Of a DNA stretch of 64,000 nucleotides, positions 63,193-64,000 are shown piece by piece. Location of the stretch: contig CM052816.1 of assembly GCA_028534125.1 (NCBI GenBank), positions 66,714,001 to 66,778,000 of the forward strand, in the 5' to 3' direction. The position numbers and the translations under genes were made by a program. Origin of the DNA: Lama glama. Taxonomy: Eukaryota. Within the stretch, counting starts at the first letter, position 1. Every line of letters begins with the position of its first letter. A model generated the notes under the pieces. The model was not told the DNA's origin. It did not search any database and worked only from the letters and a program-made list of their open reading frames with translations.

Positions 63193-64000
63193 TCAAGATC
63201 CAAATTCTTACTCCACGAATGCCAGTACTTCACCTTAAGAATTTAAAAAACGGCTTTTTTCCTAATTTGGACCCCTCTGTTCCCAATTTAGACTTTAAGT
63301 GACATGAAAGTAACAAGAGAAAAGATCATTTCAGTAACATGCAGTTTTCATTCAGTTACACTGAGCATCAAGGATACAGAGTGTCCTGCCCCAGGCATTT
63401 GAGCCATAACGTTACAGCACAGTCTCCTCTGAGAAGTGTTAATACACCTGCCCCATCTAACTGGGATACAGCCAGGAATTAGTCATGATTTGCAGGGGAA
63501 GGCCTGTCAACACACTTTCCCACTTGTGGGTTGAGACATCTACCACCCAGGAAGATTTTTAAGAGGATCTGTGAGTTAATGTTTCCCAACTGCTTTAATA
63601 TCCTAGGATTAAAAGGGGCACATCAGAAAGAAGTGGCCTTGCTGGAATTTGGAGGCCATTCAAGAATCCCGCCCGGCGAGTTTAATGGTTTGTTTTCAAC
63701 ATTTATTTAACCTCCTTCTGCTATCAAGAAACCGGAGAGGTTTCTGAGGAAGTTTATATTGAAGGAAATGGAGAAAATGTACATTGTTTTTGAATTGTTT
63801 TGTTAAAGCTTCTGGATGGCAAGAGTGTGTGTTTTGTAACTATGAACGTTTGCACAGCTCGTGGAGATGCTGTAGGGCCATGTCTCTGAGCCCCCCAAGA
63901 TCGGGTATCATGCAGTGCCTCCTTAGCAAAGTAAATATTGTTGGAGCACTTGAAATAGCTATAAATGAACTTGGCCTCTGTTCAACGTGGCCCAGTGGAG

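Noticed and set aside
1..64000. CRISPR array, prokaryotic operon, horizontally acquired insert or CpG island
   Set aside because: I saw no regularly spaced repeat-spacer array, long ORF or compositional discontinuity, and CpG depletion runs throughout the window.
1..64000. Inferring host-gene strand from L1 orientation bias
   Set aside because: L1 fragments are roughly balanced between strands, so no inference is possible.

Overview
This is 64 kb of AT-rich, CpG-depleted mammalian DNA, either intergenic or from a long intron. It is very likely camelid (camel/llama/alpaca), based on three Vic-1-type tRNA-derived SINEs and camelid-type L1 3' ends. I cannot support any protein-coding gene, functional RNA gene, CRISPR array or prokaryotic system. 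The supplied ORFs are L1 ORF2 remnants or chance short ORFs. The window layers transposable elements of different ages. Ancient: MIR, L2, L1M/HAL1, MaLR/ERVL LTRs and hAT-Charlie DNA transposons. Younger: camelid L1 and SINE insertions with readable target-site duplications (TSDs). The best-supported curiosities are a twin-primed (5'-inverted) L1 inside a MER58A transposon, two LTR16-like solo LTRs abutting back-to-back, and an 838-bp element with 14-bp inverted termini. Several repeat-poor blocks carry promoter, enhancer or exon-like signals. I found no evidence for a novel biological system. Repeat family names come from recalled consensus sequences, not from a search, and boundaries of old repeats are approximate.
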